Source: an uncultured Candidatus Saccharibacteria bacterium
GTDB lineage: Bacteria > Patescibacteriota > JAQUNI01
DNA: 64,000 nucleotides
Direction of reading: 5' to 3'
Assembly (NCBI GenBank): GCA_964555185.1
Contig: CAZKRD010000004.1
Location: 755 to 64,754 of the forward strand
Positions 18,333 to 29,307 of the stretch are shown here, piece by piece; the first letter of the stretch is position 1, and every line of letters starts with the position of its first letter. The position numbers were made by a program, and so were the translations under genes. Below the pieces are notes generated by a model. It was not told the origin of the DNA, did not search any database, and saw only the letters and a program-made list of their open reading frames with translations.

Positions 18333-20168
18333 ATGATCAACCTTGCCTACCCTAAAGTAGGGCCAAAGAGAAAGTCTTCGGGCAGGAAGCGCGGCATAAT
18401 TTTAGCGGTTTTAGTTTTAGTTTTTCTTTTTGGAGGAGCTTCTGGTTGGTATTTTTTTATTTTTCAAAAACAAGCGGATAATTTTACAGGCCAAGGGGTG
18501 GAAGTAAAAATCGAGGCGCCGGAGGAGGTGATTTCCGGCTCTTCTTATCAATACACGATTGAATACGTTAATAACGAAAAGGTGGCGCTTGAGAATGCCT
18601 CGCTTGTCCTTTATTTCCCCTCCGGTTTTAATTTTACTGATTCTTTACCAGAGCCGGATTCAAAGGGAGAGAGCGAAGAGGCCAATGTCGCTTTTAAGGT
18701 TCAGGGCGATTCCTCTTCCCGTACCTGGGATTTGGGAAGACTGGATCAGGGGGAGCGGGGAATAATTAAGTTTAAAGGGATTATTTTGGGGGATTTGGGT
18801 TCAACCAACGCTTTGAGTGCGCATTTGAGCTACCAGCCGGAGAATTTCAGCTCCAGTTTTTCAGCAGAAGGCGGGACTAGCGTGTTGGTTAAAAAATCGC
18901 TGGTTGATTTTGATTTAGAACTGCCCGAGAAGACAGGAAAGGGGAGAGAGGTTGAGATCGCGGTTTTATACCGTAATATCACCTCGGAAGATTTAGAGAA
19001 TGTGCGGATTATCCTGAATTATCCAGAAGGATTTTCTTTTATCTCATCAGAACCAAGAGCAGATCGCGAGGATCGGGTTTGGGATTTTCGAGTTTTGCGG
19101 CGCGGCGAGCGGGGGCGGATTGATCTTAAGGGGAAGATAGATTCGGGAGAGTCTTTAGCTGCCTTTAGCGCAGAGCTTGGGGTTGTGGATCAGTATAAGC
19201 AGTTTTTCAGCCAAGTCAAGCAGGAGAAGAAGATGATTGTTTTAAACCCCTTATTGGAAATAACCGCTACGATTAACGGCGAGGAGGAGACGAAGATCAA
19301 TCCCGGCGATGAGCTTAGATTTATCTTTACTTATGCTAATCTTGGGGATGTCAGGATTGAGGATGGAACAATCAACTTCTCTATGGAAACAGGGCTTTTG
19401 GATACCAGTTCAATCTCGATTTTAGAAGGTCATTATGATGCTAACGAATTCACTTGGGATGCCGGCTCTTCCTTGGGCTTGGCGAGGGTGGAACCGGGGG
19501 AAAAGGGCAGGGTAGAATTTGGAGCTCAACTTTTACCTGTTTTCCCCTATTCCTCTTTGGATAAGCGGAACTTGGAACTCTCGGGCAAAGCGCGTTTTGA
19601 AAGCAATAGTGTTGACGGACTCCGAGGGTTTGATTTTGAGACCGAGAGCAATGAATTGAGAGCGAAAATCAACACCGAGCTTGATTTGGTTTCGGAAGCG
19701 CGATATTTTGACCTTGATTATGAACAGGCAGGTTCAGGCCCTCTGCCGCCTAAAGTGGGGCAAAAAACCATTTATCGTATTTATTGGACGCTTTCTAACA
19801 CGACTAATGACGCGGAGAATGTTCAAATTAAAACTATCCTGCCGGAAGGGGTGGCTTTCGGGGAGGATTTTTTCTCTTCTTTTGGCAATGAATTAGAGTA
19901 TGATCCGGAGACAAGAGCCGTGATTTGGGATTTGGGCAGGGTGCAGGCCTATGCCGGCAGTGTTTTGGCAGGCGCGCGGGCTTGGTTTGAGGTTGGTGTG
20001 ATCCCGACCGCGGACCAGGTAGGCCAAACTCCGCCATTAACGGAAGAGATTTTTGTTTCGGGACAGGATTTGTTTACCGAAGCCAGAATTGAGAATGAAC
20101 ATCCGAGTTTAAATACAGAATTGACTAATGATTTGGGAGCATTGGGGAAAGGGGAGGTGGTGAAGTAA
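18333..20168 (+). CDS. DUF11 (conserved repeat domain) membrane-anchored protein. The ORF-track start at 18297 lies inside the palindromic repeat, so the ATG at 18333 is preferred
   Basis: N-terminal TM helix followed by about 4 repeats of the pattern ..Y.i...N.g...a.nv.i....P.G..f....p......W.lG.l..Ge.g.i...g. Confidence 0.6.
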   Translation: MINLAYPKVGPKRKSSGRKRGIILAVLVLVFLFGGASGWYFFIFQKQADNFTGQGVEVKIEAPEEVISGSSYQYTIEYVNNEKVALENASLVLYFPSGFNFTDSLPEPDSKGESEEANVAFKVQGDSSSRTWDLGRLDQGERGIIKFKGIILGDLGSTNALSAHLSYQPENFSSSFSAEGGTSVLVKKSLVDFDLELPEKTGKGREVEIAVLYRNITSEDLENVRIILNYPEGFSFISSEPRADREDRVWDFRVLRRGERGRIDLKGKIDSGESLAAFSAELGVVDQYKQFFSQVKQEKKMIVLNPLLEITATINGEEETKINPGDELRFIFTYANLGDVRIEDGTINFSMETGLLDTSSISILEGHYDANEFTWDAGSSLGLARVEPGEKGRVEFGAQLLPVFPYSSLDKRNLELSGKARFESNSVDGLRGFDFETESNELRAKINTELDLVSEARYFDLDYEQAGSGPLPPKVGQKTIYRIYWTLSNTTNDAENVQIKTILPEGVAFGEDFFSSFGNELEYDPETRAVIWDLGRVQAYAGSVLAGARAWFEVGVIPTADQVGQTPPLTEEIFVSGQDLFTEARIENEHPSLNTELTNDLGALGKGEVVK

Positions 20169-20214
20169 TTTTCAATTTTCAATTTTCGAATTTTCAATCA
20201 ATTTTCAATACTCA

Positions 20215-20574
20215 ATGACAAAATTTTCAAACAATAAATTTGACCTTGAGGAAAGAACAGCTAAGTTTGCTGAAAATATTATTGATTTAGTAAGAAGTAT
20301 TAAAAAAGATGATGTTAATCGCCGTATTATTAGCCAAGTAGTTAGCTCTGGAGGTTCATTGGGCGCTAATTACTGCGAGGCCAATGAGGCAGAAAGCAGA
20401 AAAGATTTTGTTCATAAAATAGGTATTTGCAAAAAAGAAACAAAAGAAGTTAAACATTGGCTCCGCTTATTAGCCAGAAGCAACCCAGAGAAAAAAGATA
20501 GAATTAGATTGTTATGGCAGGAAGCCCACGAATTATTATTAATCTTTTCCAAGATTAGAAGATCGTGTGTGTAA
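20215..20574 (+). CDS. Four-helix-bundle protein (TIGR02436 / 23S rRNA intervening-sequence protein family)
   Basis: SSGGSLGANYCEANEAESRKDFVHKIGICKKETKEVKHWLRL matches the family hallmark S..aNi.Eg..r.s..df..f..ia.gS..E. Confidence 0.7.
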   Translation: MTKFSNNKFDLEERTAKFAENIIDLVRSIKKDDVNRRIISQVVSSGGSLGANYCEANEAESRKDFVHKIGICKKETKEVKHWLRLLARSNPEKKDRIRLLWQEAHELLLIFSKIRRSCV

Positions 20575-21901
<1,327 letters not shown>

Positions 21902-21957
21902 AATAGTGTGCTAAAATAAAAAGAGAAATTTGGCTAAAACAGGTCAGACTATAAATC

Positions 21958-23262
21958 ATGAATAAAATTGAAAAAATCACCTCGCTTGCTAAGCGACGGG
22001 GCTTTATTTTTCAGTCCTCGGAGATTTATGGCGGCATTTCTGGCGTTTATGATTATGGGTCGCTGGGTGTGGAGCTTAAGAATAATATTAAAAGATTGTG
22101 GTGGAAGAATATTGTGGGAACCCGAGAGAATGTGGTGGGCTTAGACGCGGCAATCGTGATGCCTCCCAAGGTCTGGGTTGCGTCGGGACACTTGGAGCAT
22201 TTTGTTGATCCGCTTCGTGAATGCAAGAAATGCCGCAAGCGCTTTAGGTCTGATGACTTGAAGAGCAAGAAGAAGTGTCCAGAATGCGGCGGGCTTTTGG
22301 GGCGTGAGCGGACATTTAATATTCTTGTGGAAACCCATCTGGGGCCAGTAAAAGACACTGCGAATCTTGCTTATCTGCGCGGAGAGACAGCGCAGGGAAT
22401 TTTTGTTAATTTTGAGAATGTCAGGGATTCGATGCGCCAGAAGATCCCATTTGGGATTGCCCAGATTGGCAAGGCGTTTCGCAATGAAATCACGCCCGGC
22501 AATTTTATTTTCCGCTTGCGGGAGTTTGAACAAATGGAATTGGAGTATTTCATTGAGCCGGGCAGCCAAAAGAAATGGTTTGACCATTGGAAGCGTGAAC
22601 GGATGGATTGGTATCTCTCTTTAGGTATTGCTCGAGAGAGCCTTCGTTTTTACAAACACAAGAAGAATGAGTTGGCCCATTACGCGGATATGTGTGAGGA
22701 CATAGAATACAAATTTCCCTGGGGCTGGGGGGAATTGGAGGGAATCGCCTCGCGCCGCGATTATGATTTAAAGCAGCACAGCCAGATTTCCGGCAAAGAC
22801 CTTTCCTATTTTGACGAAAAAAAGAATAAGAAGTATATTCCTTTCGTGATTGAGCCGTCAGCCGGTGTTGATCGCCTCGCGCTTGTGCTTTTACTAGATA
22901 GTTATCACGAAGAAGAAGTAAAGGGCCAAAAGCGAGTGGTGATGCGTTTTGACAAGGAACTTGCGCCAGTCAAGGTTGCGGTTCTGCCGCTTCTTAGAAA
23001 CAAAAAAGAATTGACCAAAAAAGCGCGAGAGGTCTATCAGATGCTTTCTGATCAGTTTTTGATTATCTATGACGAGGCCGGTTCGATCGGCCGCCGCTAT
23101 CGCAGGCAGGATGAGATAGGAACCCCTTATTGCGTTACAATTGATTTTGAAAGCCTGGAAGATCAGGCAGTGACTGTTCGGGATCGGGATAGTATGGGGC
23201 AGGAGAGGATAGGGATCAAAGAGTTAGTGGTGTTTTTAGGCGATAGACTAAAAAGGAATTAA
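21958..23262 (+). CDS. glyQS: Glycine--tRNA ligase (class II, alpha2 type)
   Basis: N-terminus IFQSSEIYGGISGVYDYGSLG and an insertion-domain CxxC..CxxC. Confidence 0.85.
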   Translation: MNKIEKITSLAKRRGFIFQSSEIYGGISGVYDYGSLGVELKNNIKRLWWKNIVGTRENVVGLDAAIVMPPKVWVASGHLEHFVDPLRECKKCRKRFRSDDLKSKKKCPECGGLLGRERTFNILVETHLGPVKDTANLAYLRGETAQGIFVNFENVRDSMRQKIPFGIAQIGKAFRNEITPGNFIFRLREFEQMELEYFIEPGSQKKWFDHWKRERMDWYLSLGIARESLRFYKHKKNELAHYADMCEDIEYKFPWGWGELEGIASRRDYDLKQHSQISGKDLSYFDEKKNKKYIPFVIEPSAGVDRLALVLLLDSYHEEEVKGQKRVVMRFDKELAPVKVAVLPLLRNKKELTKKAREVYQMLSDQFLIIYDEAGSIGRRYRRQDEIGTPYCVTIDFESLEDQAVTVRDRDSMGQERIGIKELVVFLGDRLKRN

Positions 23263-23376
23263 AAATTCAAAATTCAAAATTCAAAGTTACAGTTTCAAGT
23301 TTAAAGTTTTTAAATTCACAATTTTTAACTTTGAATTTAACTTTGGACTTTGTACTTTGGACTTTGTACTAAAATT
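23263..23376. repeat. Palindromic simple-sequence element (aaattcaaa tandem on one arm, aactttgNact tandem on the other) abutting the next start codon
   Basis: aaaattcaaaattcaaaattcaaagttacagtttcaagtttaaagttttt / aaattcacaatttttaactttgaatttaactttggactttgtactttggactttgtact. Confidence 0.7.
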
Positions 23377-24315
23377 ATGACTATTGAGCAAATTTATAAA
23401 TTAGCGATCAAGTTAGGTATTAAGGCGGATCCGAGGCCGAAAGAGCAGATCAAGAAGATTTTGGACCGGGAAAAGAAGAAATACAAAGCATTGCGCAAAG
23501 TTTTGCGCGAGATTTTTGATCTGGAGAGACTGGCTAATCCTTACGCGGATACGCGGATTCTGTTCGGAGACCCCAATAAATCGGTTAAGAGGGTACTGAC
23601 AGGGATTGATATTGGTTCAGGCGAGGTAATGTTAGCAGATAAGTTAGGGGATATTGATCTGATTATTTCGCACCATCCGATAGGCCTGGCCCTAGCCGGC
23701 TTGGATGGGGTGATGGAACTGCAGGCGGATGTTTTGGCTTCCTATGGCATTCCGATCAATATTGCCGAGTGTTTGATTGAAAAGAGGATGAGCGAGGTTG
23801 CCCGCGGATTAGCGCCGGTAAATCACGCGAGAGCTTTAGACACCGCGCGGATTTTAGAGATTCCATTGATCTGTACGCATACGCCCTGTGATAATTTGGT
23901 GTATCAAGCAGTGAACAAAAAAATTGTTCAAGCTAAAAATATCAACACGGTCGGGGATGTCATTGATTTGCTCTATACTTTCCCTGAATACAAAGAAGCC
24001 GCCAGGTGTGGCGCTGGCCCAATGGTCTTTGCGGGCAAAAAAGAGCGCAGAGTGGGCAAGATTTGCCTCTCGGAAATCACGGGCGGCACGGAAGGGAACA
24101 AGGAAATCTTTAAATATATGGCCCAGGCAGGGATCGGCACGGTGATTGGGATGCATATGTCTGAGCCCAATCGCAAAGAAGCAGAAAAACATCACCTGAA
24201 TGTGATCATTGCCGGCCACATCGCTTCGGATTCAGTGGGGATGAATGTATTTCTCAACGAGCTAGTAAAAAAAGGCGTTGAGGTTATAACTTGTTCGGGG
24301 CTGATTCGGAAATAA
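23377..24315 (+). CDS. Nif3-like dinuclear metal-centre protein
   Basis: DIDLIISHHP motif and a C-terminal GHIASDSVGMNVFLNEL, which is GHyasE-like. Confidence 0.55.
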   Translation: MTIEQIYKLAIKLGIKADPRPKEQIKKILDREKKKYKALRKVLREIFDLERLANPYADTRILFGDPNKSVKRVLTGIDIGSGEVMLADKLGDIDLIISHHPIGLALAGLDGVMELQADVLASYGIPINIAECLIEKRMSEVARGLAPVNHARALDTARILEIPLICTHTPCDNLVYQAVNKKIVQAKNINTVGDVIDLLYTFPEYKEAARCGAGPMVFAGKKERRVGKICLSEITGGTEGNKEIFKYMAQAGIGTVIGMHMSEPNRKEAEKHHLNVIIAGHIASDSVGMNVFLNELVKKGVEVITCSGLIRK

Positions 24316-24449
24316 ATTCAGAAATCCAAAGTCTAAAACCCAAATGTCAAATCAAAACTAAATGACAAATATCAAATTCTTGGATTTTGGAATTGATTTG
24401 GCATTCGTCTCGCCTGTCGGGAGGCAGGGATTTTGAAATTTGAAATTAA

Positions 24450-25715
24450 ATGTTTTCTAAACACGTTTTCAAAAATGGCTTGCGCGTGGTTACGGTGCCG
24501 CTTAAGAATACCAAGACGGTTACGGTTTTGGTGATGGTGGAGACCGGTTCAAAGTATGAGACTAAAAAGACAAACGGAATTTCCCATTTTTTAGAGCATA
24601 TGTTTTTTAAGGGGACCAAGAGGAGGCCGGATACCTTGAGTTTGGCCTTGGAGATTGACCGGATTGGGGGCGAGCACAATGCTTTTACGGCGAAGGAATT
24701 CACAGGCTATTACGGAAAAGCAGCCAGGAAGCATCAAGATCTGCTCTTGGATCTTATTTCGGATATGTATCTGCATTCTAAGCTAGAGCAAGCAGAGATT
24801 GAGCGGGAGCGGGGCGTGATTTGCGAGGAGATCAATATGCGCCAAGATCTGCCAATGGTTTTGGTTTCTGATCTTTTTGAAAAATTGCTTTATCCTGATC
24901 AGCCGGCAGGCAGGCTGACGATTGGGACAAAGGAGAATATTGGCTCATTTATGAGAGAGGATTTGGAAGAGTACTTGGCGAAACATTATTTAGCTTCTAA
25001 TACCATTATTTTCGCGGCCGGTGATTTAACAGGGGCGGAAGTTCAAAGGAAGGCGCAAAAATATTTTGGCAAAGTGAGAAGCGGCGACCCTCCAAAGAAG
25101 CGGCCGGTTCGGGAGAGACAAAAAGAGTCCCAGATTTTGGTTCGTAAAAAAGAGACGGATCAGACCCATCTTTCTTTAGGTTTGCGGGCCTATTCGGCAA
25201 AACACCCTGATTATTTTAGTTTGAAGGTGTTGTCCGCGGTTTTAGGCGAAGGGATGAGTTCGCGGCTTTTCATTTCAGTGCGGGAAAGAAGAGGTCTTGC
25301 TTACTATATTCAAAGTGAATTGTCCGCCTATACTGATTCAGGCTACCTTGCCGTTCAGGCCGGAGTTCCTAATGATAAATTGGACCAGGCAGTAAAAGTT
25401 ATTTTAGAGGAATTTAATAAGATTAAAGATAAAGAGATAGACAAGAAAGAACTTAAAAAATCAAAAGAATATCTTAAAGGCAAACTCCTTTTAGATTTAG
25501 AAACATCAGACGAGCTTGCTTTTTGGCTGGCTGGCCAGGAGGTTCTAAGGGGCAAGATGCTGGAAGTGCCGCAGGTATTGAAAAGAATTGACGCGGTTTC
25601 TGAATCTGATCTTAAGCGGATCGGGCAAGATATTTTTCAAAACCAGAACTTGAATCTAGCGGTGATTGGTCCTGGGAAGGACGAGGAGGACCTGAAGAAA
25701 ATCTTAAAATTTTAA
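24450..25715 (+). CDS. M16 (pitrilysin/insulinase) family zinc peptidase
   Basis: Inverted zinc motif HFLEHMFFKGT. Confidence 0.8.
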   Translation: MFSKHVFKNGLRVVTVPLKNTKTVTVLVMVETGSKYETKKTNGISHFLEHMFFKGTKRRPDTLSLALEIDRIGGEHNAFTAKEFTGYYGKAARKHQDLLLDLISDMYLHSKLEQAEIERERGVICEEINMRQDLPMVLVSDLFEKLLYPDQPAGRLTIGTKENIGSFMREDLEEYLAKHYLASNTIIFAAGDLTGAEVQRKAQKYFGKVRSGDPPKKRPVRERQKESQILVRKKETDQTHLSLGLRAYSAKHPDYFSLKVLSAVLGEGMSSRLFISVRERRGLAYYIQSELSAYTDSGYLAVQAGVPNDKLDQAVKVILEEFNKIKDKEIDKKELKKSKEYLKGKLLLDLETSDELAFWLAGQEVLRGKMLEVPQVLKRIDAVSESDLKRIGQDIFQNQNLNLAVIGPGKDEEDLKKILKF

Positions 25716-25725
25716 ACAAGAATTT

Positions 25726-26781
25726 ATGATCAAAAAACAAATTACTTTCGACATTTCGTCAATGACGATTGTTAAGATTGTCTTCGTCCTTTTGGGTTTA
25801 ACGGTTTTGTATTTAGTCCGGGACATCATTGCTATTTTATTCACTAGTGTTGTGATCGCCGCGGCCTTAAACAGAACAGTGAATCGGCTGCAAAAGAAGA
25901 AGGTGCCGCGCTCTTTGAGCGTGATTTTGATTTATCTGATTCTGATTAGCGTGATCACCCTGTCTATTTATCTTCTGATCCCGCCGATTACTACTCAAAT
26001 CAAGGAGTTGTCCAGTCAGTTCCCTGATCTTTACGATAGATTCATCCCTCGGATTTTGGGGATAGAGGGTTTTTCCTTGAGAGAGGAGTTTGTTGCCGGC
26101 ACCCAAGGGCTTCTTTCTTCTTTAGGCGATAACATCACCTCTGCCGGCCGGACTGTTTTTAGTACTTTGGGGACTATTTTTGGGGGCATTATTTCCGCGA
26201 TCGCGGTTCTGGCTTTATCTTTTTATTTGATTGTTCAAGAGAATGCTTTGAAAAATTTTATCCGCCTGTGCGTGCCAAAGCGCCGCTCGCCTTACATCAT
26301 TGATTTAATTGACCGGATTAACGGAAAGATTGGGAGATGGCTTTCGGGCCAGATTATTCTTTGTATTGTGGTCGGACTTTTTACTTTCTTGGGTTTATGG
26401 CTTTTGGGAGTGCGGTACGCTTTGGTTTTGGCGATTTTTGCCGGACTGACTGAGATCGTCCCTTATATCGGTCCGATCATTGGCGCAATTCCCGCGATTT
26501 TCCTTGCTTTTATCCAATCGCCTCTCTTGGCCCTGTTTGTGGTTATCCTCTATTTTATAGTCCAACAGCTTGAAAACCATGTTTTTGTTCCTAAGATAAT
26601 GCAGAAAGCGATTGGGCTTAATCCCGTGGTTGTGATCTGCGCTTTGTTGATTGGAGGCAAGCTTGCTGGTATTTTGGGGATGATTTTGGCCGTGCCCGTG
26701 GCCACGGGGATTTCGGTTTTTGTCAAGGATTATGTTCAAGGAAACACGAAGGGCAAAACGAAAAAGGCAAAAGTTAATTAG
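25726..26781 (+). CDS. AI-2E family transporter (UPF0118)
   Basis: Multi-TM topology and a C-terminal QQLENHVFVPKIMQKAIGLNPVVVI..GGKLAGILGMILAVP. Confidence 0.75.
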   Translation: MIKKQITFDISSMTIVKIVFVLLGLTVLYLVRDIIAILFTSVVIAAALNRTVNRLQKKKVPRSLSVILIYLILISVITLSIYLLIPPITTQIKELSSQFPDLYDRFIPRILGIEGFSLREEFVAGTQGLLSSLGDNITSAGRTVFSTLGTIFGGIISAIAVLALSFYLIVQENALKNFIRLCVPKRRSPYIIDLIDRINGKIGRWLSGQIILCIVVGLFTFLGLWLLGVRYALVLAIFAGLTEIVPYIGPIIGAIPAIFLAFIQSPLLALFVVILYFIVQQLENHVFVPKIMQKAIGLNPVVVICALLIGGKLAGILGMILAVPVATGISVFVKDYVQGNTKGKTKKAKVN

Positions 26782-26847
26782 CGAATTAACGGATTAAAGG
26801 ATTAATTTTTAAATTCGTAATCCGTTAATTCGGTAATCCGTCAAATT
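26782..26847. repeat. Short palindrome cgaattaacggattaaaggattaatttttaaattcgtaatccgttaattcg
   Basis: Read directly from the sequence. Confidence 0.6.
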
Positions 26848-27534
26848 GTGTTGTATATCATCGCTACTCCCATTGGTAATTTGGAGGATTTAAGCTTGCG
26901 GGCTCTGCGGGTGTTGCGCGGGGTGGATTTGATTTTGTGTGAAGACACGCGGACTACAGGGAAGCTAGTAAAGCACTATCAAATCAAGACACGTCTTTTA
27001 AGCTATCATACTCATTCAGGCGAGAAACGGACGAGCCGCATTTTGAATTTATTGAAAGAGGGCAAGGATTTAGCCCTGGTTACTGATTCGGGCACACCTG
27101 GGATCTCTGACCCCGGCGCAAGATTGATCGGCCAGTTGGTCTCCGAAGATCCCGAGGCGGAGATTTTTTGTGTTCCCGGGCCTTCTGCTTTGACTGCTGC
27201 TGCTTCTCTTTCTGCTTTTCCGACCAATCGATTTTTATTTTTAGGATTCTTGCCGCGCAAAAAAGGAAGAAAAAAATTATTAGAGTCACTGCCGCAAACC
27301 AAGGGGACCATCATTTTTTACGAGTCCCCTTATCGGATTAAAAAAACCCTCAAAGAATTGCAGGGAATTTTGCAAAATCGGCCAATTGAAGTTTTTCGGG
27401 AATTAACTAAAAAATTTGAAACAATTTACCGCGGTCAGGCCAAAGAGGTTTTGGCGAATCTGCCGGATAAAGTGCGGGGAGAGATTGTGGTCATTATTGG
27501 ACCGTCCTTTTTGACCCGAGAGAACAAATCTTGA
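26848..27534 (+). CDS. rsmI: 16S rRNA (cytidine1402-2'-O)-methyltransferase
   Basis: IATPIGNLEDLSLRAL..DLILCEDTR and TDSGTPGISDPG. Confidence 0.85.
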   Translation: MLYIIATPIGNLEDLSLRALRVLRGVDLILCEDTRTTGKLVKHYQIKTRLLSYHTHSGEKRTSRILNLLKEGKDLALVTDSGTPGISDPGARLIGQLVSEDPEAEIFCVPGPSALTAAASLSAFPTNRFLFLGFLPRKKGRKKLLESLPQTKGTIIFYESPYRIKKTLKELQGILQNRPIEVFRELTKKFETIYRGQAKEVLANLPDKVRGEIVVIIGPSFLTRENKS

Positions 27535-27547
27535 AGCTGTTTAACTC

Positions 27548-27814
27548 TTAAGCTTCTATTTTTGTCTGTTCGTTTGTTCTTCCGCCAGAGACGGCTTTTA
27601 ACGCTTTTTCCTCCAAGATTTTTATAATCTTTTTTGTTATTTGGGATTTTCCGGGATTGTTTGAGAACTGGGTTGCCGCATGGGTAATTTGGGCGATCGC
27701 TGTTCTTTGGTCATCAAGCTGGGAAACAATCTCCAAAGCTTTTTCCGCCAGGGAGTTTTTGCCCGTGTTCAGGACTTCAAAGAACAAGTCCCAAAATGCT
27801 TTCTTTTGATCCAT
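27548..27814 (-). CDS. Hypothetical small protein (88 aa)
   Basis: Only an ORF between rsmI and metG, with no recognisable motif. Confidence 0.3.
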   Translation of the reverse strand: MDQKKAFWDLFFEVLNTGKNSLAEKALEIVSQLDDQRTAIAQITHAATQFSNNPGKSQITKKIIKILEEKALKAVSGGRTNEQTKIEA

Positions 27815-27855
27815 TTTAGATAGTTAATTTTCTAAGATATTTAATTTTAGCACAA

Positions 27856-29277
27856 TTGAAATCTGTGTCAACAGAGAAGAAATTTTATATCACCACCCCG
27901 ATTTATTATGTCAATGATAAACCGCATGCCGGCCACGCTTACACCACGATTGCAGCGGATGTTTTAGCGCGCTGGCATAGAATCCAAGGAAAGGATGTTT
28001 TCTTTTTGACTGGGACGGATGAGCATGGAGCGAAAGTAGCAGAAGCAGCAAGCGTGGCTGGTAGAAAACCAAAAGAATTTTGTGATCAAATCGCAGGCAA
28101 GTTTAAGCAGGCCTGGCAAAACCTGAATATTGATTATGACTATTTTATTCGCACTACTGATCCCAAACACCAAAAGGGAGTTATTGATTTTTTGACTCGG
28201 CTAAAAAAGGAAGGTTATCTGTATGAAAAGGATTACTCCGGATTATACTGCGTTGGTTGTGAGAAGTTTATTACGGAAAAGGAATTAGTAGGCGGGAAAT
28301 GTCCAGACCACGGCCAGGTGCCGGAACAAGTCACGGAAAAGAACTGGTTTTTTAAACTCAAGGAATTTTTGCCTCGGGTGAAAAAAAAGATATCAAAAGG
28401 TGAACTCAAGATTGAGCCAGAGAGCGCTCTCGGGGAGACGATGGGACTCTTGAAGCAAGACTTAGATGACTTTTCTGTTTCGCGCCAGAGAGTAGATTGG
28501 GGGATTAAACTCCCCTGGGATCAGAAACAGAGTATCTACGTTTGGATAGACGCGCTGTTGAATTATTGGACCGCGGTAAAAGAAGCGGGGCGCGGGAAAT
28601 ATTGGCCGCCGGATTTGCATTTGATTGGCAAGGATATTTTGAAATTTCACGCTGTCTTCTGGCCGGCAATGCTGCTCGCGGCAGGCGAAGATTTGCTGCC
28701 TCGCCAGATTTTTGTCCATGGTTACTTCACGATCAATGGCCAGAAGATGTCCAAGACCCTGGGTAATGTGATTGACCCCAATGACCTGGTAAAGAAATAC
28801 GGCGCGGACGCAACCCGCTATTTGCTCTTGAGCCAATTTCCTTTTGGGAGCGATGGAGATATATCCCTTGCGAAATTAACCACAACCTATAATGCGGATT
28901 TAGCGAACGGTTTAGGGAACTTGGTGGCCAGAGTAATAAATTTCCAATTTCCAATTTCCAATTTCCAAATAAATCCCAATTTCCAATTTCCAAACTCCAA
29001 ACTTCGTAAATATAATGATTTAATGAAAGAATTAAAGTTGTTTGAGGTAGTAAAGTTTATTAGAGAGAAGATTAAAGAGTGCAATAATCTTATTGAAAAA
29101 GAGAAACCCTGGGAAATAAAAGAAAGGAATAAATTAGAGAAAATTATTGATCCGATTCTTTTGAAAATTATTACTGTCGCTGAAATGATTCGGCCTTTTA
29201 TGCCGGATACGTATAATAAGATTCAGAGGATACTGAAAACAGGAAAGAAAGAGATATTGTTTCCGAGGGTAAAATAA
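27856..29277 (+). CDS. metG: Methionine--tRNA ligase with an in-frame repeat insertion
   Basis: PIYYVNDKPHAGHAYTTIAADVLARW (HIGH-type) and KMSKTLGN. Confidence 0.9.
   Translation: MKSVSTEKKFYITTPIYYVNDKPHAGHAYTTIAADVLARWHRIQGKDVFFLTGTDEHGAKVAEAASVAGRKPKEFCDQIAGKFKQAWQNLNIDYDYFIRTTDPKHQKGVIDFLTRLKKEGYLYEKDYSGLYCVGCEKFITEKELVGGKCPDHGQVPEQVTEKNWFFKLKEFLPRVKKKISKGELKIEPESALGETMGLLKQDLDDFSVSRQRVDWGIKLPWDQKQSIYVWIDALLNYWTAVKEAGRGKYWPPDLHLIGKDILKFHAVFWPAMLLAAGEDLLPRQIFVHGYFTINGQKMSKTLGNVIDPNDLVKKYGADATRYLLLSQFPFGSDGDISLAKLTTTYNADLANGLGNLVARVINFQFPISNFQINPNFQFPNSKLRKYNDLMKELKLFEVVKFIREKIKECNNLIEKEKPWEIKERNKLEKIIDPILLKIITVAEMIRPFMPDTYNKIQRILKTGKKEILFPRVK
28938..29003 (+). repeat. In-frame ttccaat-heptamer array inside metG, encoding INFQFPISNFQINPNFQFPNSKL
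   Basis: Same array as ileS 15641-15700. It sits right after the conserved GNLVAR block. Confidence 0.65.
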
Positions 29278-29307
29278 CTTTTAACTTTGCACTTTGCACT
29301 TTAAACT
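29278..29307 (+). promoter_or_regulatory. actttgcact tandem motif (cttttaactttgcactttgcactttaaact) directly abutting the tatD ATG, with no Shine-Dalgarno sequence
   Basis: Same motif family lies upstream of hisS (58160-58206) and the Nif3-like gene (23330-23376). It is present as the reverse complement inside ileS (16827-16850). Confidence 0.3.

Noticed and set aside
24400-24435. Additional type-2 hairpin element (gcattcgtctcgcctgtcgggaggcaggg) upstream of the M16 peptidase gene
   Set aside because: Only a 4-bp stem (cctg/cagg) and weak similarity to the cctgcc..ggcagg family. Too degenerate to call.
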